From: Candidatus Krumholzibacteriia bacterium
GTDB taxonomy: Bacteria > Krumholzibacteriota > Krumholzibacteriia > LZORAL124-64-63
DNA length: 64,000 bases
Direction of reading: 5' to 3'
Assembly: GCA_050174015.1 (NCBI GenBank)
Contig: JBFXKG010000005.1
Span: forward strand, 1 to 64,000
In this document: one piece after another, positions 18,716 through 28,618 of the stretch
How the letters are laid out: each line of letters begins with the position of its first letter
How positions within the stretch are numbered: position 1 is the first letter of the stretch
Translations under genes and position numbers: made by a program
The notes under the pieces: generated by a model
What the model was told of the DNA's origin: nothing
The model's input: the letters and a program-made list of their open reading frames with translations, nothing else
Databases searched by the model: none

Positions 18716-20515
18716 TCACCTCTCGGGCGTCAGGATGTAGATGCGGCGCACGCAGTGCCCCCGCGCCTCGTGACGGGGCCCGGCCGCCTGCAGGGACAGC
18801 CGCACGGCCTCCAGGGCGTCCGGTTCGAGGCCCAGGTTCTCCAGGATCTCCGACTGCAGCCAGGACATGGCGTGATGGCAGTCCTTCACCGTGACCTTCA
18901 CCCCGGGCACGTCCCGCAGGAACCGGTCGAGGGCCCGCAGGTCCTGATCCGTGCCGAATTCCAGCCTGCGGCCCATGTCCAGCTCCACCAGCCCGGCCAG
19001 GTCCAGCAGGCGTTCCCGCCCCAGTTCGGTGGGAAGGGAGGTCACGACCTTCACGCGGGCCAGCCTCAGGACTTCCGCCACCATCCGGGGATGCGAGCCG
19101 GGATCCCCGGCCAGCAGCAGATCGGGCGCGACCACGCAGTCGAAGGCCCGGTCGGCATAGGGCAGCAGCCCCCCGGTCTCGGGGAATCCCAGGACTTCCG
19201 AGTACTGGGCGAGGGGCAGGTGGTCCCGCAGGGAACGGTGGCGTCCCACCACCCCCAGGACGAAGGGCTGGGGCAGGTCGGGCACGTCGGCGGCCCGGGC
19301 CAAGGCTTCCAGGTGGACGTAGTTCGCGTAGCTGGTCTGCGGCCGCAGCCGGCGGGCGAGGACCCCATCGTTGTCGAACACCAAAGCAGGGGGGGCCGCC
19401 GGGGGCGGGCCCTCCTCCAGGAGCCTTTCCACCGCTGAGGCGATGCGCGCGGTCGCTCCGCCGTCCAGCGGGCCGGCATACCTTTCCAGCAGGTCCCCTT
19501 CAGGGGGGCCCGGCTCCAGTTCGGCGAGCCGGTCGAGATGGGGCCTCAACCGTTCCACGAATTCGAGGCTCTTGCCCGGGATCCAGATCCCGCCGAGGGC
19601 CTCGACGTCCCGGGCCAGGCGGCCGCCCCTCCTCTGCAGGGGGAAGAAGGCGCACGGCCGGCCGAGGATCCGGGCCTCCAGCCAGACCGTCGAGCTGAAG
19701 CTCAGCGCGAACCGGCAGTCGAGGATGAGGCCGGCGTTGTCCGTTTCGGTGGGGAGCACCTCGATGCGCCCGGCCATCCCGGCCGGAACGGCCTCGAGGT
19801 AGATGCGGTCTGTCCCGTGGAAGGGCTCGGCCGGGTGGGGTTTCACCAGGATCCTGGCAGCGGGGAAGCGCTCGCCGAGCACCTCGTAGAGAAGGCGCCA
19901 CTGGTCGCGCCAGGCCTCGAGGTCGTGCCCCTGGCTGCTGCGGGGACCGGCCCAGGTGTGGCTCTGGCCGAAGACGGCGATGTCCCGGGGGGTTGACTCC
20001 GCGGCGCTCCGGGCCTCGCGGGCCTGGACGAGTTGGTCGAACGGGGGCGACCCCGTGACCACCAGCCGGGAGGGATCGACCCCGAGGGCGAGGTACTCCA
20101 GCCGGTCGACCTCCCCGATGACGGCCATCACGTCGGCCGCGAAGTCCACGTGGGGGGGGAAGCCGTCGTCGTAGGCGACGGCGAAGGGCGCGTGCTCGAG
20201 GGTGAGGGTGGGGATGTCCCGGGCCCGGCAGGCCAGGTCCGCCTGGATGCCGAGGGTGTGCTGGGGGATCATGTCCGCGCCGTTGATCATCACGCGGGGG
20301 CCGTCCCCCTCCAGGAAGCGATCCAGCCCCTCCAGATCCTCCACCAGAGGGACGCCCAGGGCCGCCAGCCGGTCGGGGCGACCGGCCTGCACCACCATCG
20401 CCCGGGCGCGATGGCCCCTTGCGAGCAGCAGCTTCAGGACCGGGCCCAGGAGGATGTCCAGGTTGGGATGATCCACCAGGGCCAGGACGGCGCCGTGCGG
20501 GGGGGAGTCGGTCAT
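18716..20515 (-). CDS. Putative GT-B glycosyltransferase (nonulosonate/CDP-glycerol transferase-like) with degenerate C-terminal methyltransferase domain
   Basis: LEHAP, VVTGSPPFD, LVKPHPAE, SSTVWLEA motifs; start MTDSPP overlaps the GH57 stop. Confidence 0.65.
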   Translation of the reverse strand: MTDSPPHGAVLALVDHPNLDILLGPVLKLLLARGHRARAMVVQAGRPDRLAALGVPLVEDLEGLDRFLEGDGPRVMINGADMIPQHTLGIQADLACRARDIPTLTLEHAPFAVAYDDGFPPHVDFAADVMAVIGEVDRLEYLALGVDPSRLVVTGSPPFDQLVQAREARSAAESTPRDIAVFGQSHTWAGPRSSQGHDLEAWRDQWRLLYEVLGERFPAARILVKPHPAEPFHGTDRIYLEAVPAGMAGRIEVLPTETDNAGLILDCRFALSFSSTVWLEARILGRPCAFFPLQRRGGRLARDVEALGGIWIPGKSLEFVERLRPHLDRLAELEPGPPEGDLLERYAGPLDGGATARIASAVERLLEEGPPPAAPPALVFDNDGVLARRLRPQTSYANYVHLEALARAADVPDLPQPFVLGVVGRHRSLRDHLPLAQYSEVLGFPETGGLLPYADRAFDCVVAPDLLLAGDPGSHPRMVAEVLRLARVKVVTSLPTELGRERLLDLAGLVELDMGRRLEFGTDQDLRALDRFLRDVPGVKVTVKDCHHAMSWLQSEILENLGLEPDALEAVRLSLQAAGPRHEARGHCVRRIYILTPER

Positions 20516-22536
20516 GACAGCTCCAGGTCCTCCTTGACCAGGTCGGCGACCCCGCGGTCCAGGAACGTCACCCCGACGGTCCAGGCCGCCTGCCAGGGCG
20601 CCTCGGAGGGGACGAAGGTCTCGTCGATCTCCTGGGCGGCATAACGCAGCCGCAGGAAGTACCGCCCGTCCCCCTGGGGGATGAACCGCACGGTGGGAAT
20701 CAGGGCGGCCACCGCCGGATCGTGCCGGATCACCAGACAGCGGCGGTCGTCCCCGATGATAACCCGGCCGTCGGTGGCGCCCAACCCCCCTTTTGCGGTG
20801 ATCAGGGTGGAGTAGGGGGCGCCGTGATGGACCTCCGCCCCGGCCAGGGAGAAGATCTCCAGGTCCGGCCCGCCGTTGCGGAGGGCGAAGGCCAGGCTCC
20901 CCGGATCCAGGAATCCCGGCGGGAACGTGAGGTGGACGGGATGGATCTCGGCCGCCTGACGGGAGGGCAGGGAAAGGAGGCCCCGCAATTCCAGGCACGG
21001 GCGGTCCGCATGGAGAACGATCTGCTTGCGGACGACGAGTTCCCCGTCGTGGAGGCAGGTCCCGACCGCCAGGCCGCCGTCGCCGGTCCGGACGAGTTCG
21101 ACCATCGAGCCGCAGTCCTTCAGGTCGGTGAGCTTGGGGCGGCCGGGCTGCTGGACCACCGCGTGTCCGGTGTAGAAGTCGGCCCCGAGCGCGATGTCGT
21201 CGAAGGTCCCGTGGGGAAGGGTGCCCAGGGCCGGACCTTCAGCAATTCCCGGGAATTCCACGCTGCGCAGGACCAGGCCGCGGCGGGCGTCGATCACGGC
21301 CCGGACCGCGCCGCAATCGAGGGTGAACCGGCCATCCACCAGAGGCGGCGCTGGCAGAGCCTGACCGGTCAGGAAGACCTGGTCGGGCGGGGTCTGCGGG
21401 CCGATCTCGACCTGGAAGGCCTGCCAGCGCCCCGCCGTGACGTGCGTGCGCAGGTCGCTGCTCCACAGCCGCAGCAGCCGGCGCCATTCCCCCTCGTCCG
21501 CATCCGGCCGCGCCGTCAGGCCGGCCAGGATCCGGTGGCAGGCGGTGTTGGCCTCGAGGTCGCCCCGGCCGGTCACGGCCCAGCGGTTCAGGTTGTACTT
21601 CTCCTGCTTCTTGACCACGACGGGCTGGGTGCGCGACTCCAGGTGCAGGGGCCGGCCGCAGAGGGGCCCGTCGGGTTCGTCGAGGACCGCGGTGATGGGG
21701 ACCAGAGGTGCGGACCCGCGAGGGCCCGGGTCGCCGCGGTCGCCCGGGTCGGACAGATCGCCAAGGTCGGCCAGGTCGCGAAGGGCGGCCCCCAGCCGGC
21801 CCCACTCGTCCTGCAGGGCGCGGCCTTCGTCGCGGAATCGGCCGGGCCGGAATCCGAACACCTCGGCGTCGCTGGCGTAGACGGCCGCGAAACCGTCCCC
21901 GCCGTCCAGCAGGGCCCGGCGGGCCTCCCAGTGGGCGAGGAACTCCTCACGCGTGATCTCGTCGCGGACCCGCCGTTGCAGCTGCTGGAAGTCCAGCGTG
22001 TCGATCCACACCAGGGGGATCTCCGCCCCGCCGGTTCCCCGGGCCGTCTGCCGGTGGAAGGCCCAGCGGCGGTCCCATTCGGGGTGTTCCTTGCGGGCGT
22101 TGTTCCACTCCATGACGACGGCGCGGGCGCCGGCTTCGCGGTACAGCGGAACCAGCCCGGCACTGTAGGCCATCTCGCCCACCAGCCAGAGGGACGGCTC
22201 GCAATCCAGCAGGTCCCGGTAGGCCCCCAGGCCGAGGGCGAGATTGCGCCGGTTGACCTCGGCGGGAACCAGGGGCCCGATGATCTGGCTGTACCCGCTG
22301 CCCACGAAGGTCACCTCGCCCCGGGCCACCAGGCGCCGCATCCTCTCCAGCACGCCGGGACGCACGTCCCGGAGCATCTCCAGGGTCAGGCCCGGGGCTT
22401 CCAGAGCCAGGGGCAGCCCCCCCTCCGCCAGGTCCAGCAGGGGTTCGTAGCAGCGGTCCACCACCAGCGGCCGCTGGTCCTCGGCGATGGAGGAGTACAT
22501 CAGGTTCAGGTGGAACAGGGCGAAGAGCTTCAGCAC
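20512..22536 (-). CDS. Glycoside hydrolase family 57-like protein
   Basis: GTG start; LFHLNLMYSSI, CYEPLL, GSGYSQIIGPL, WLVGEMAYS, SDAEVF. Confidence 0.7.
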   Translation of the reverse strand: MLKLFALFHLNLMYSSIAEDQRPLVVDRCYEPLLDLAEGGLPLALEAPGLTLEMLRDVRPGVLERMRRLVARGEVTFVGSGYSQIIGPLVPAEVNRRNLALGLGAYRDLLDCEPSLWLVGEMAYSAGLVPLYREAGARAVVMEWNNARKEHPEWDRRWAFHRQTARGTGGAEIPLVWIDTLDFQQLQRRVRDEITREEFLAHWEARRALLDGGDGFAAVYASDAEVFGFRPGRFRDEGRALQDEWGRLGAALRDLADLGDLSDPGDRGDPGPRGSAPLVPITAVLDEPDGPLCGRPLHLESRTQPVVVKKQEKYNLNRWAVTGRGDLEANTACHRILAGLTARPDADEGEWRRLLRLWSSDLRTHVTAGRWQAFQVEIGPQTPPDQVFLTGQALPAPPLVDGRFTLDCGAVRAVIDARRGLVLRSVEFPGIAEGPALGTLPHGTFDDIALGADFYTGHAVVQQPGRPKLTDLKDCGSMVELVRTGDGGLAVGTCLHDGELVVRKQIVLHADRPCLELRGLLSLPSRQAAEIHPVHLTFPPGFLDPGSLAFALRNGGPDLEIFSLAGAEVHHGAPYSTLITAKGGLGATDGRVIIGDDRRCLVIRHDPAVAALIPTVRFIPQGDGRYFLRLRYAAQEIDETFVPSEAPWQAAWTVGVTFLDRGVADLVKEDLELS

Positions 22537-24455
22537 GGCCCGGCCCCTCCTTCCTGAAGCAGGGACGCGATCCGATCGGCGGCGCGGACGGCGCCCAGGC
22601 CGTCGCAGTAGGCCCAGCCGGCCGCCGCGAGCCCGCCGCGCCGCGGCGCCGCCGACCACAGGGATTCCAGCGCTGCCGCCAGCTCCCCGCCGGTGGTCCC
22701 GGCGTGGTGGCCCAGGTCGGCCAGCAGGCCGCGGGCGGCCAGATCCCGGACCTCGGGACGGTCGCGGTCCCAGTTGCTCAGGACTGCGACCGGAGCGCCG
22801 CAGCACATGGCCTCGGCCACGGTGACGCCCCAGGCCGTGACGACCAGCCCGGCCTGGGCCAGCAGGGGAGCCAGCCCGTCACCCGCCTCGATCAGGCGGA
22901 CGGCGCCAGGCCGGCGGCAGAGGGCGTCCCTGCGGGCGGTGAAGTCAGCGAATCCCGGATGGATGACGGCGCGGACCTCGGCTCCCGGGGCCGCCACCGC
23001 GATCGCGTCGAGGCAGCGCTCGGTCAACCGGTGGGGGTCGGCGCCCCCGAAGGTGACGAGGATGGGACCTGCAGGCTGGGCCTGGGGCCGAGCCGGACGG
23101 GCCGCCCGCACGTCCTCGCGGATCAGCATCCAATCGGGGCCGCCGGCGCAGCCAACCTCACCCGGGGGAGGGGACCAGACCAGGGAGGGCACGATCCGCA
23201 GATCGGCCTCGGCCACTCCGGGCTGGTCGATCACGATGCTGGGGATGCCGGCGGTCCTGAGCCGGGCCACCAGGGGCCGGGCGGGTTCCATGGCGTCCAC
23301 CACGCAGGCCTTCGCTTCCCATCTCCCGGCCTCCGCGACCACGGCTTCCAGCCAGGGGACTGTCATCGGCGCCGGTTCCCGCAGAAGGTGGGACCACCGG
23401 AAACCGTGGCGGTCCAGCACGCGCGCGTGGCCGGGTACGTCGGGGATCAGGAAGCGGCAGTCGGCGTCGTGCTTCTCCCGCAAGGCCTCCGACAGGGCCA
23501 GGCAGCGCATGAGGTGGCCCATGCCCAGGCCTGCCGGCACGAAGGCCAGGACGGGACCGCGAGGGGCGAACCCCGGCTGCGAGGGCGGCCAGGTCCGGCG
23601 CACCTCGAGGGTGGGCCGCAGGCCGTCGGTGGGATCGGCCCGCCAGGGGCGGTCCGCCGCCTCGGCCGGCACGGGGCCCAGCCGGCCGTCGCCGTCGCAG
23701 TCGGGATCTGCCGGGAAGTCCCCGCCGGAGATGACCGGGGCGATCGTGCGGGGCAGCCAGCAGTGGCCGCCCGTGAACTCCTCGCCGCGGCCCTCCAGAT
23801 CGAAGTGGAACTCCACGACCTCGGCGCCCCAGCGGTCGACCGCCCGCCGCACCACGCCGGGATCCACCGAGTGGTCGGACCAGCCCAGCCTGGCCCGGGG
23901 CGCGAGGGGACGCACCAGATCCCGCAGGGCGCCCAGGGCCGCGAGGTTGCAGGCGGCCGCGGCGGCGGGATAGGAGCTGACGCAATGGAACACGGTGGGA
24001 TCGGCGCAGCCGGCCTCGACCGCGGCGGTCACGGCGGCGCGGATCTCCGGGGCGTCGGCCATCCCCGTCGAGATCATCAGGGGCAGGCCGGTCGCCGCGC
24101 AGCGGCGGGTCAAATCCAGCCAAGGCAGCTCGTACGAGGCCACCTTCAGGAAGTCCACGTGGGGGGCCAGCAGGTCGACGGCCTCGAGATCGAAGGGCGT
24201 GCAGCCGAACGCCACGCCGTGGTCCCGGCAGCAGGCAGCCAGATCGGGCAGGAACCAGGGCGGCAGCTCCCAGCGCCGCCGTCGCCGGTGCTCGGGGCTG
24301 ACCTGCAGGATCTCCCGCGCGAACAGCCGGTCGATGGAAAAGAGCTGGAACTTCACGCCCCGGCAGCCGGCACGGGCGGCCGCGGCGATGAGGTCCCGGC
24401 AGCGCCCGAGGTCGCCGTTGTGGTTGCTGCTGATCTCGGCGATGAAGTCGGTCAT
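22530..24455 (-). CDS. Fusion of NeuB/PseI-family nonulosonic acid synthase and PseG/SpsG-like UDP-sugar hydrolase
   Basis: IAEISSNHNG, VKFQ, TPFD, KVASYE, STGMA, HCVSSYP, GWSDH; then GMGHLMRCLAL and LVTFGGADP in one frame. Confidence 0.85.
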   Translation of the reverse strand: MTDFIAEISSNHNGDLGRCRDLIAAAARAGCRGVKFQLFSIDRLFAREILQVSPEHRRRRRWELPPWFLPDLAACCRDHGVAFGCTPFDLEAVDLLAPHVDFLKVASYELPWLDLTRRCAATGLPLMISTGMADAPEIRAAVTAAVEAGCADPTVFHCVSSYPAAAAACNLAALGALRDLVRPLAPRARLGWSDHSVDPGVVRRAVDRWGAEVVEFHFDLEGRGEEFTGGHCWLPRTIAPVISGGDFPADPDCDGDGRLGPVPAEAADRPWRADPTDGLRPTLEVRRTWPPSQPGFAPRGPVLAFVPAGLGMGHLMRCLALSEALREKHDADCRFLIPDVPGHARVLDRHGFRWSHLLREPAPMTVPWLEAVVAEAGRWEAKACVVDAMEPARPLVARLRTAGIPSIVIDQPGVAEADLRIVPSLVWSPPPGEVGCAGGPDWMLIREDVRAARPARPQAQPAGPILVTFGGADPHRLTERCLDAIAVAAPGAEVRAVIHPGFADFTARRDALCRRPGAVRLIEAGDGLAPLLAQAGLVVTAWGVTVAEAMCCGAPVAVLSNWDRDRPEVRDLAARGLLADLGHHAGTTGGELAAALESLWSAAPRRGGLAAAGWAYCDGLGAVRAADRIASLLQEGGAGPC

Positions 24456-25627
24456 GGCGTGCGCGGCCCGGTCCGGAAGAAGTCCGCGACCGCCTCGATC
24501 ACCCGGTCGCAGTCCCCGTCGGTCATGGCCGGGAACAGGGGCAGGCTCAGGGCCTGCGCGTAGTAGGCCTCGGCGCCCGGGAAGTCCCCGGCCGCGAACC
24601 CGAAGCGCTCCCGGTAATAGGGGTGCAGGTGCAGGGGGAGGTAATGCACCTGGGCCCGGATGCCTGCGGCGCCGAGGTGGGCGAACAGGTCGTCCCGCCG
24701 CGGGGCCCGGATGATCATCAGATGCCAGCAGGTCAGGTCCTCGCCCCGGGGGCGACGCTGCACCGCGACCTCGGGCACGGCCGCCAGGCCGCTGTCGTAC
24801 CGCTGCACCAGTTCCCGCCGCCGCCGCCGCCAGGTTTCCAGGCGGCGCAGCTGGACGATCCCCACCGCGGCCTGGATGTCGGTCAGGCGTGCGTTGATCC
24901 CCAGGTCGTGCATCTCGTAGTACCAGGGCCCGTGGTTCTCGTGGAGCAGGCGGGGGTCGCGGGTGATGCCGTGGGTCCGCAGCATCCTGAGCTTCTCGTC
25001 CAGCTCCGGGTCGCAGGTGGTGATCGCCCCGCCCTCCCCGGTGGTGATGGTCTTGACGGGGTGGAAGCTGAAGCAGGTCATCAGCGAGCGCGCGCAGGAG
25101 CCGACCGGATGGACCTTGCCGTCCCGGGCGGGCCAGGCTCCGCCCAGGGCGTGGCAGGCGTCCTCGATGACCACGGCCTCGTGCCGCCCCGCCAGCTCGT
25201 CCAGGGCTTCGAGGTCGCAGATCCGCCCCCCGAGGTGGACCGGAAGGATCGCCTTGATCCGGGGATGGGTCTCGAGAGCGGCGGCGACCGCGCCGATGTC
25301 CAGGTTGCCGGTTTCGGGATCGACGTCGGCGAACACCGGCTCGGCCCCGCACAGCAACCCGGCGTTGGCGGTGGCGGCGAAGGTCACCGGCGTGGTCAGG
25401 AAGAGGTCCCCTGGCTGGAGGCCGGCGGCGCGGCAGGCCAGGTAGAGGGCCGAGGTCCCGTTGTTGACGGCGACGGCGCAGGGAGCGCCGCAGACCGCGG
25501 CCAGGTCGCGTTCGAAATCGGGGACCCGAGGCCCCTGGGTCAGCCAGTCCGAGCGCAGGACCTCGCGGACCAGGTCCTCCTCCTCCGGGCCCAGGGTCTG
25601 CCGCCCGTAGGGGAGGTCCCGGGTCAT
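24452..25627 (-). CDS. pseC: PseC-like UDP-4-amino-sugar transaminase (DegT/DnrJ family)
   Basis: LPYGRQ, WLTQGP, EDACHALG, FSFHPVKTITTGEGG, QVHY. Confidence 0.88.
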   Translation of the reverse strand: MTRDLPYGRQTLGPEEEDLVREVLRSDWLTQGPRVPDFERDLAAVCGAPCAVAVNNGTSALYLACRAAGLQPGDLFLTTPVTFAATANAGLLCGAEPVFADVDPETGNLDIGAVAAALETHPRIKAILPVHLGGRICDLEALDELAGRHEAVVIEDACHALGGAWPARDGKVHPVGSCARSLMTCFSFHPVKTITTGEGGAITTCDPELDEKLRMLRTHGITRDPRLLHENHGPWYYEMHDLGINARLTDIQAAVGIVQLRRLETWRRRRRELVQRYDSGLAAVPEVAVQRRPRGEDLTCWHLMIIRAPRRDDLFAHLGAAGIRAQVHYLPLHLHPYYRERFGFAAGDFPGAEAYYAQALSLPLFPAMTDGDCDRVIEAVADFFRTGPRTP

Positions 25628-26670
25628 GCCTCGGCGCCCTCGGCCTGCCAGGGACCCGCGCTCGCGATCAGCTCGTCGCGCGGGGGCAGGTCCTTCAGCA
25701 GCCTGGCGAGATCGTCGCTGGTCAGCCACTCCTTGTTGCTGCTGGAGCTGTAGTCGAAGCCGTCGGGCACCCGGACGCCGCCCGGGCGGATCCCGGTGCG
25801 CGGCTCCTCGAGGCAGCGCAGGGGATAGACCACGTAATGGTCGTCGTACTCGTAGGCGGCACGGGCCTCGTCCTCGGTCAGCATCACCTCGTGCAGCTTC
25901 TCGCCGGGGCGGATGCCGGTCTCGATGAGTTCGGCGGCGGGGTGGATGGCTCGGGCCAGGTCGGTGACCTTGCAGGACGGCACCTTGCCGATGAACACCT
26001 CGCCGCCGTGTCCCAGTTCGATGGCCTGGAGCACCAGATCCACGGCCTTCTCCATGGTGATCCAGAACCGGGTCATGCGCATGTCGGTGATGGGAAGGGT
26101 GTCCGAACCCTGGTCCCTCAGTTCCTCGAAGAAGGGGATGACCGATCCCCGGCTGCCCACCACGTTGCCGTAGCGCACCAGCACGAACACCGGACCGGTC
26201 ACGGTCGAGTAGGCGTGGGCGGCCCGGAACAGCTTGTCGCTGACCAGCTTGGTGGCTCCGTAAAGGTTCACCGGATTGACGGCCTTGTCGGTGGACAGGG
26301 CGATGACCTTCTTCACGCCCCGGTCGATGGCCGCATCCAGCAGGTTCTTGGCGCCCATGATGTTGGTGTTGACGGCCTCGATGGGATTGTATTCCATCAG
26401 GTGGACGTGCTTCAGGGCCGCGGCGTGGATCACGTAGTCGACGCCCACGAAGGCCCGGTAGAGCCGGTCCTTGTCCCGCACGTCCCCGATGAAGTAGCGC
26501 AGGCGGTCGCGGTACCGGCAGAAGTGCTGGTCCATCTTGAACTGCTTGTACTCGTCGCGGGAATAGATGATGATCTTGCGGCAGCGGGTCTGGAGGAGCC
26601 GCTTGACCAGGCCCCAGCCCAGGGAACCCGTGCCGCCGGTGATCAGGATGGTCTTTCCTTCGAAATCCAA
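25624..26670 (-). CDS. pseB: UDP-N-acetylglucosamine 4,6-dehydratase (inverting)
   Basis: ITGGTGS, YSRDEYKQ, HAAALKHV, STDKAVNPVNLYGATK, RYGNVVGSRGSV, GIRPGEKLHE; TTG start. Confidence 0.92.
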   Translation of the reverse strand: MDFEGKTILITGGTGSLGWGLVKRLLQTRCRKIIIYSRDEYKQFKMDQHFCRYRDRLRYFIGDVRDKDRLYRAFVGVDYVIHAAALKHVHLMEYNPIEAVNTNIMGAKNLLDAAIDRGVKKVIALSTDKAVNPVNLYGATKLVSDKLFRAAHAYSTVTGPVFVLVRYGNVVGSRGSVIPFFEELRDQGSDTLPITDMRMTRFWITMEKAVDLVLQAIELGHGGEVFIGKVPSCKVTDLARAIHPAAELIETGIRPGEKLHEVMLTEDEARAAYEYDDHYVVYPLRCLEEPRTGIRPGGVRVPDGFDYSSSSNKEWLTSDDLARLLKDLPPRDELIASAGPWQAEGAEA

Positions 26671-26741
26671 GGGATACCGTCCTTGTTGGGTGGTCCATCC
26701 CTGACTGGTGCATAGGTTATACCAGGAGGAGGGTTCTTGGC

Positions 26742-27470
26742 TTGCTAATTCCTGGAGGCCCCGGCCCCGCGGTGGTGATCGTCCAGGCCCGCCTGGGATC
26801 CACCCGTCTGCCCGGCAAGATGCTGGCCGACCTGGGCGGGAAGCCGTTGCTGTGGCACATATTGCAGAGGGCCCGGGCGATCCGGGCCGGCCTGCCGGTG
26901 ATCCTGGCCATCCCGGCCACCGAGGTCGACCGCAAGCTGGGCCGGGTGGCCGGAGAACTCGGCGTGCCGGTGGTCGCGGGTCCGGAGCTCGACGTCATGG
27001 GCCGATTTCTGGCCGTCCTGGAGGAATTTCCGGCCCCCTGGGTCGTCCGGGTGTGCGGCGATTCCCCCCTGTTCGATCCCGGCCACCTGGACCGCTGCCT
27101 GCGCCTGGCGGAGGCCGGAAACGCCGACGTGGTCCGGTTCCGGGGGAATCCCGGCACCCTGCTGCAGGGAGGTGAGGTGGTTTCGGCCCGGGCCTTGCGT
27201 CTCAGCCGCCGGGAAGCTCCGGAGGATCCCCTCTCGCGCGAACACGTCACCGCCTGGGCCCTGCGCCATGCGCCCGATCGCCCGGACCTGGTGACGGCGT
27301 ACGTCGATCCTGACCCGGACCTGGTCCTCGACCGCAAGCTTTCCATCGACACCGAACATGATCTGGAGCGCCTGCGCCGGCTCTACGCCGAACTGTGGAA
27401 CGGCGAAGGCATCCTCGACCTGAAGTCGGCCGCCGCCTGGCTGCGCGGTCCGGCGGGTTCGGACTGGTAG
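26742..27470 (+). CDS. SpsF-type cytidylyltransferase (CMP-nonulosonate synthetase-like)
   Basis: IVQARLGSTRLPGK, VRVCGDSPL, REHVT, LSIDTEHD. Confidence 0.85.
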   Translation: MLIPGGPGPAVVIVQARLGSTRLPGKMLADLGGKPLLWHILQRARAIRAGLPVILAIPATEVDRKLGRVAGELGVPVVAGPELDVMGRFLAVLEEFPAPWVVRVCGDSPLFDPGHLDRCLRLAEAGNADVVRFRGNPGTLLQGGEVVSARALRLSRREAPEDPLSREHVTAWALRHAPDRPDLVTAYVDPDPDLVLDRKLSIDTEHDLERLRRLYAELWNGEGILDLKSAAAWLRGPAGSDW

Positions 27471-27478
27471 GAGGTCCC

Positions 27479-28618
27479 ATGGCGTCGAGTCCCTTCTTCT
27501 ATTGCCGGCGCTGCCTCAGCCCCAGCACCAAGCCGGGCATCCGGTTCGATGACGACGGCGTCTGCCTGGCGTGCGTCTACCACGAGCAGAGCGAGAACCG
27601 GGTCATCGACTGGGAGGCCCGTCAGCGCGAGCTGCAGGACATCACGTCCTGGGCGAAGAAGCAGAAGCGCGGCCTGTGGGAGTGCGTCATCGGGGTCAGC
27701 GGCGGCAAGGACAGCCACTTCCAGGCCCTGTACGCCAAGGAACAGCTGGGCCTGCACTGCCTGCTGGTCAACTGCGCGCCCGAGGGCATCACCGACGTGG
27801 GCCGGGCCAACCTGGAGAACCTGGTCCAGCAGGGCTTCGACCTGGTGTCGTTCCGGCCCAACCCCCATGTCATGAAGGCGGTGACCCGGCGGGCCCTGTT
27901 CGAGTACGGCAACCCGGTCAAGCCGTCGGAGTATCCCCTGTGGGCGGTCACCTTCCAGTTCGCCCTGCGGTACCTCATCCCCCTGGTGATCCAGGGCGAG
28001 AACCCCGGACTGACCCTCGGTTCGGCCGGCGACACCGGCACCGGCGGAGACGCCACGGCCATCGCCCGTGCCAACACCCTGCAGGGAGGCAAGGCCGCCG
28101 ACTGGGTGGGCGACGGCATCGCGGAGAAGGATCTGCTGCTCTACCAGTTCCCCGATCCGCAGGATCTCGAGGCGGCGGGCGTGCGCTCGATCTTCCTCCA
28201 GTACTACGTCAAGGAGTGGTCCCCCGAGCACAACACGCAGTTCGCCGTGGCCCGGGGGCTGCTGGGACGGGACGACCTGCCCTACCGCCTGAACCGCTAC
28301 GCCTCGGTGGACGGGGACATCCAGCTGGTCAACCCCGTGCTGAAGTACTACAAGTTCGGCTACTCGAACCTGACCGACGCGGTGAACCACCGCATCCGCC
28401 AGGGGACGATGACCCGGGACGAGGCGGCCGCCCTGGTCACGCGGTGGGACCACCACTGCGACGAGAAGTACATCGTGGAGTTCTGCGACTGGATCGGCAT
28501 CACGCTGCAGGACTTCTGGAACGAGGTCGAGCGCTGGATGGACAAGGACCTGTTCACCAAGCAGCCCGACGGGACCTGGAAACCGCGCTTCCAGGTGGGG
28601 GTCGGCCTTGTCGAGTGA
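27479..28618 (+). CDS. N-acetyl sugar amidotransferase (WbpG/PseA-like)
   Basis: CRRC...CLAC, IGVSGGKDSH PP-loop, GEN, YYKFGY; SD GGAGG. Confidence 0.88.
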   Translation: MASSPFFYCRRCLSPSTKPGIRFDDDGVCLACVYHEQSENRVIDWEARQRELQDITSWAKKQKRGLWECVIGVSGGKDSHFQALYAKEQLGLHCLLVNCAPEGITDVGRANLENLVQQGFDLVSFRPNPHVMKAVTRRALFEYGNPVKPSEYPLWAVTFQFALRYLIPLVIQGENPGLTLGSAGDTGTGGDATAIARANTLQGGKAADWVGDGIAEKDLLLYQFPDPQDLEAAGVRSIFLQYYVKEWSPEHNTQFAVARGLLGRDDLPYRLNRYASVDGDIQLVNPVLKYYKFGYSNLTDAVNHRIRQGTMTRDEAAALVTRWDHHCDEKYIVEFCDWIGITLQDFWNEVERWMDKDLFTKQPDGTWKPRFQVGVGLVE

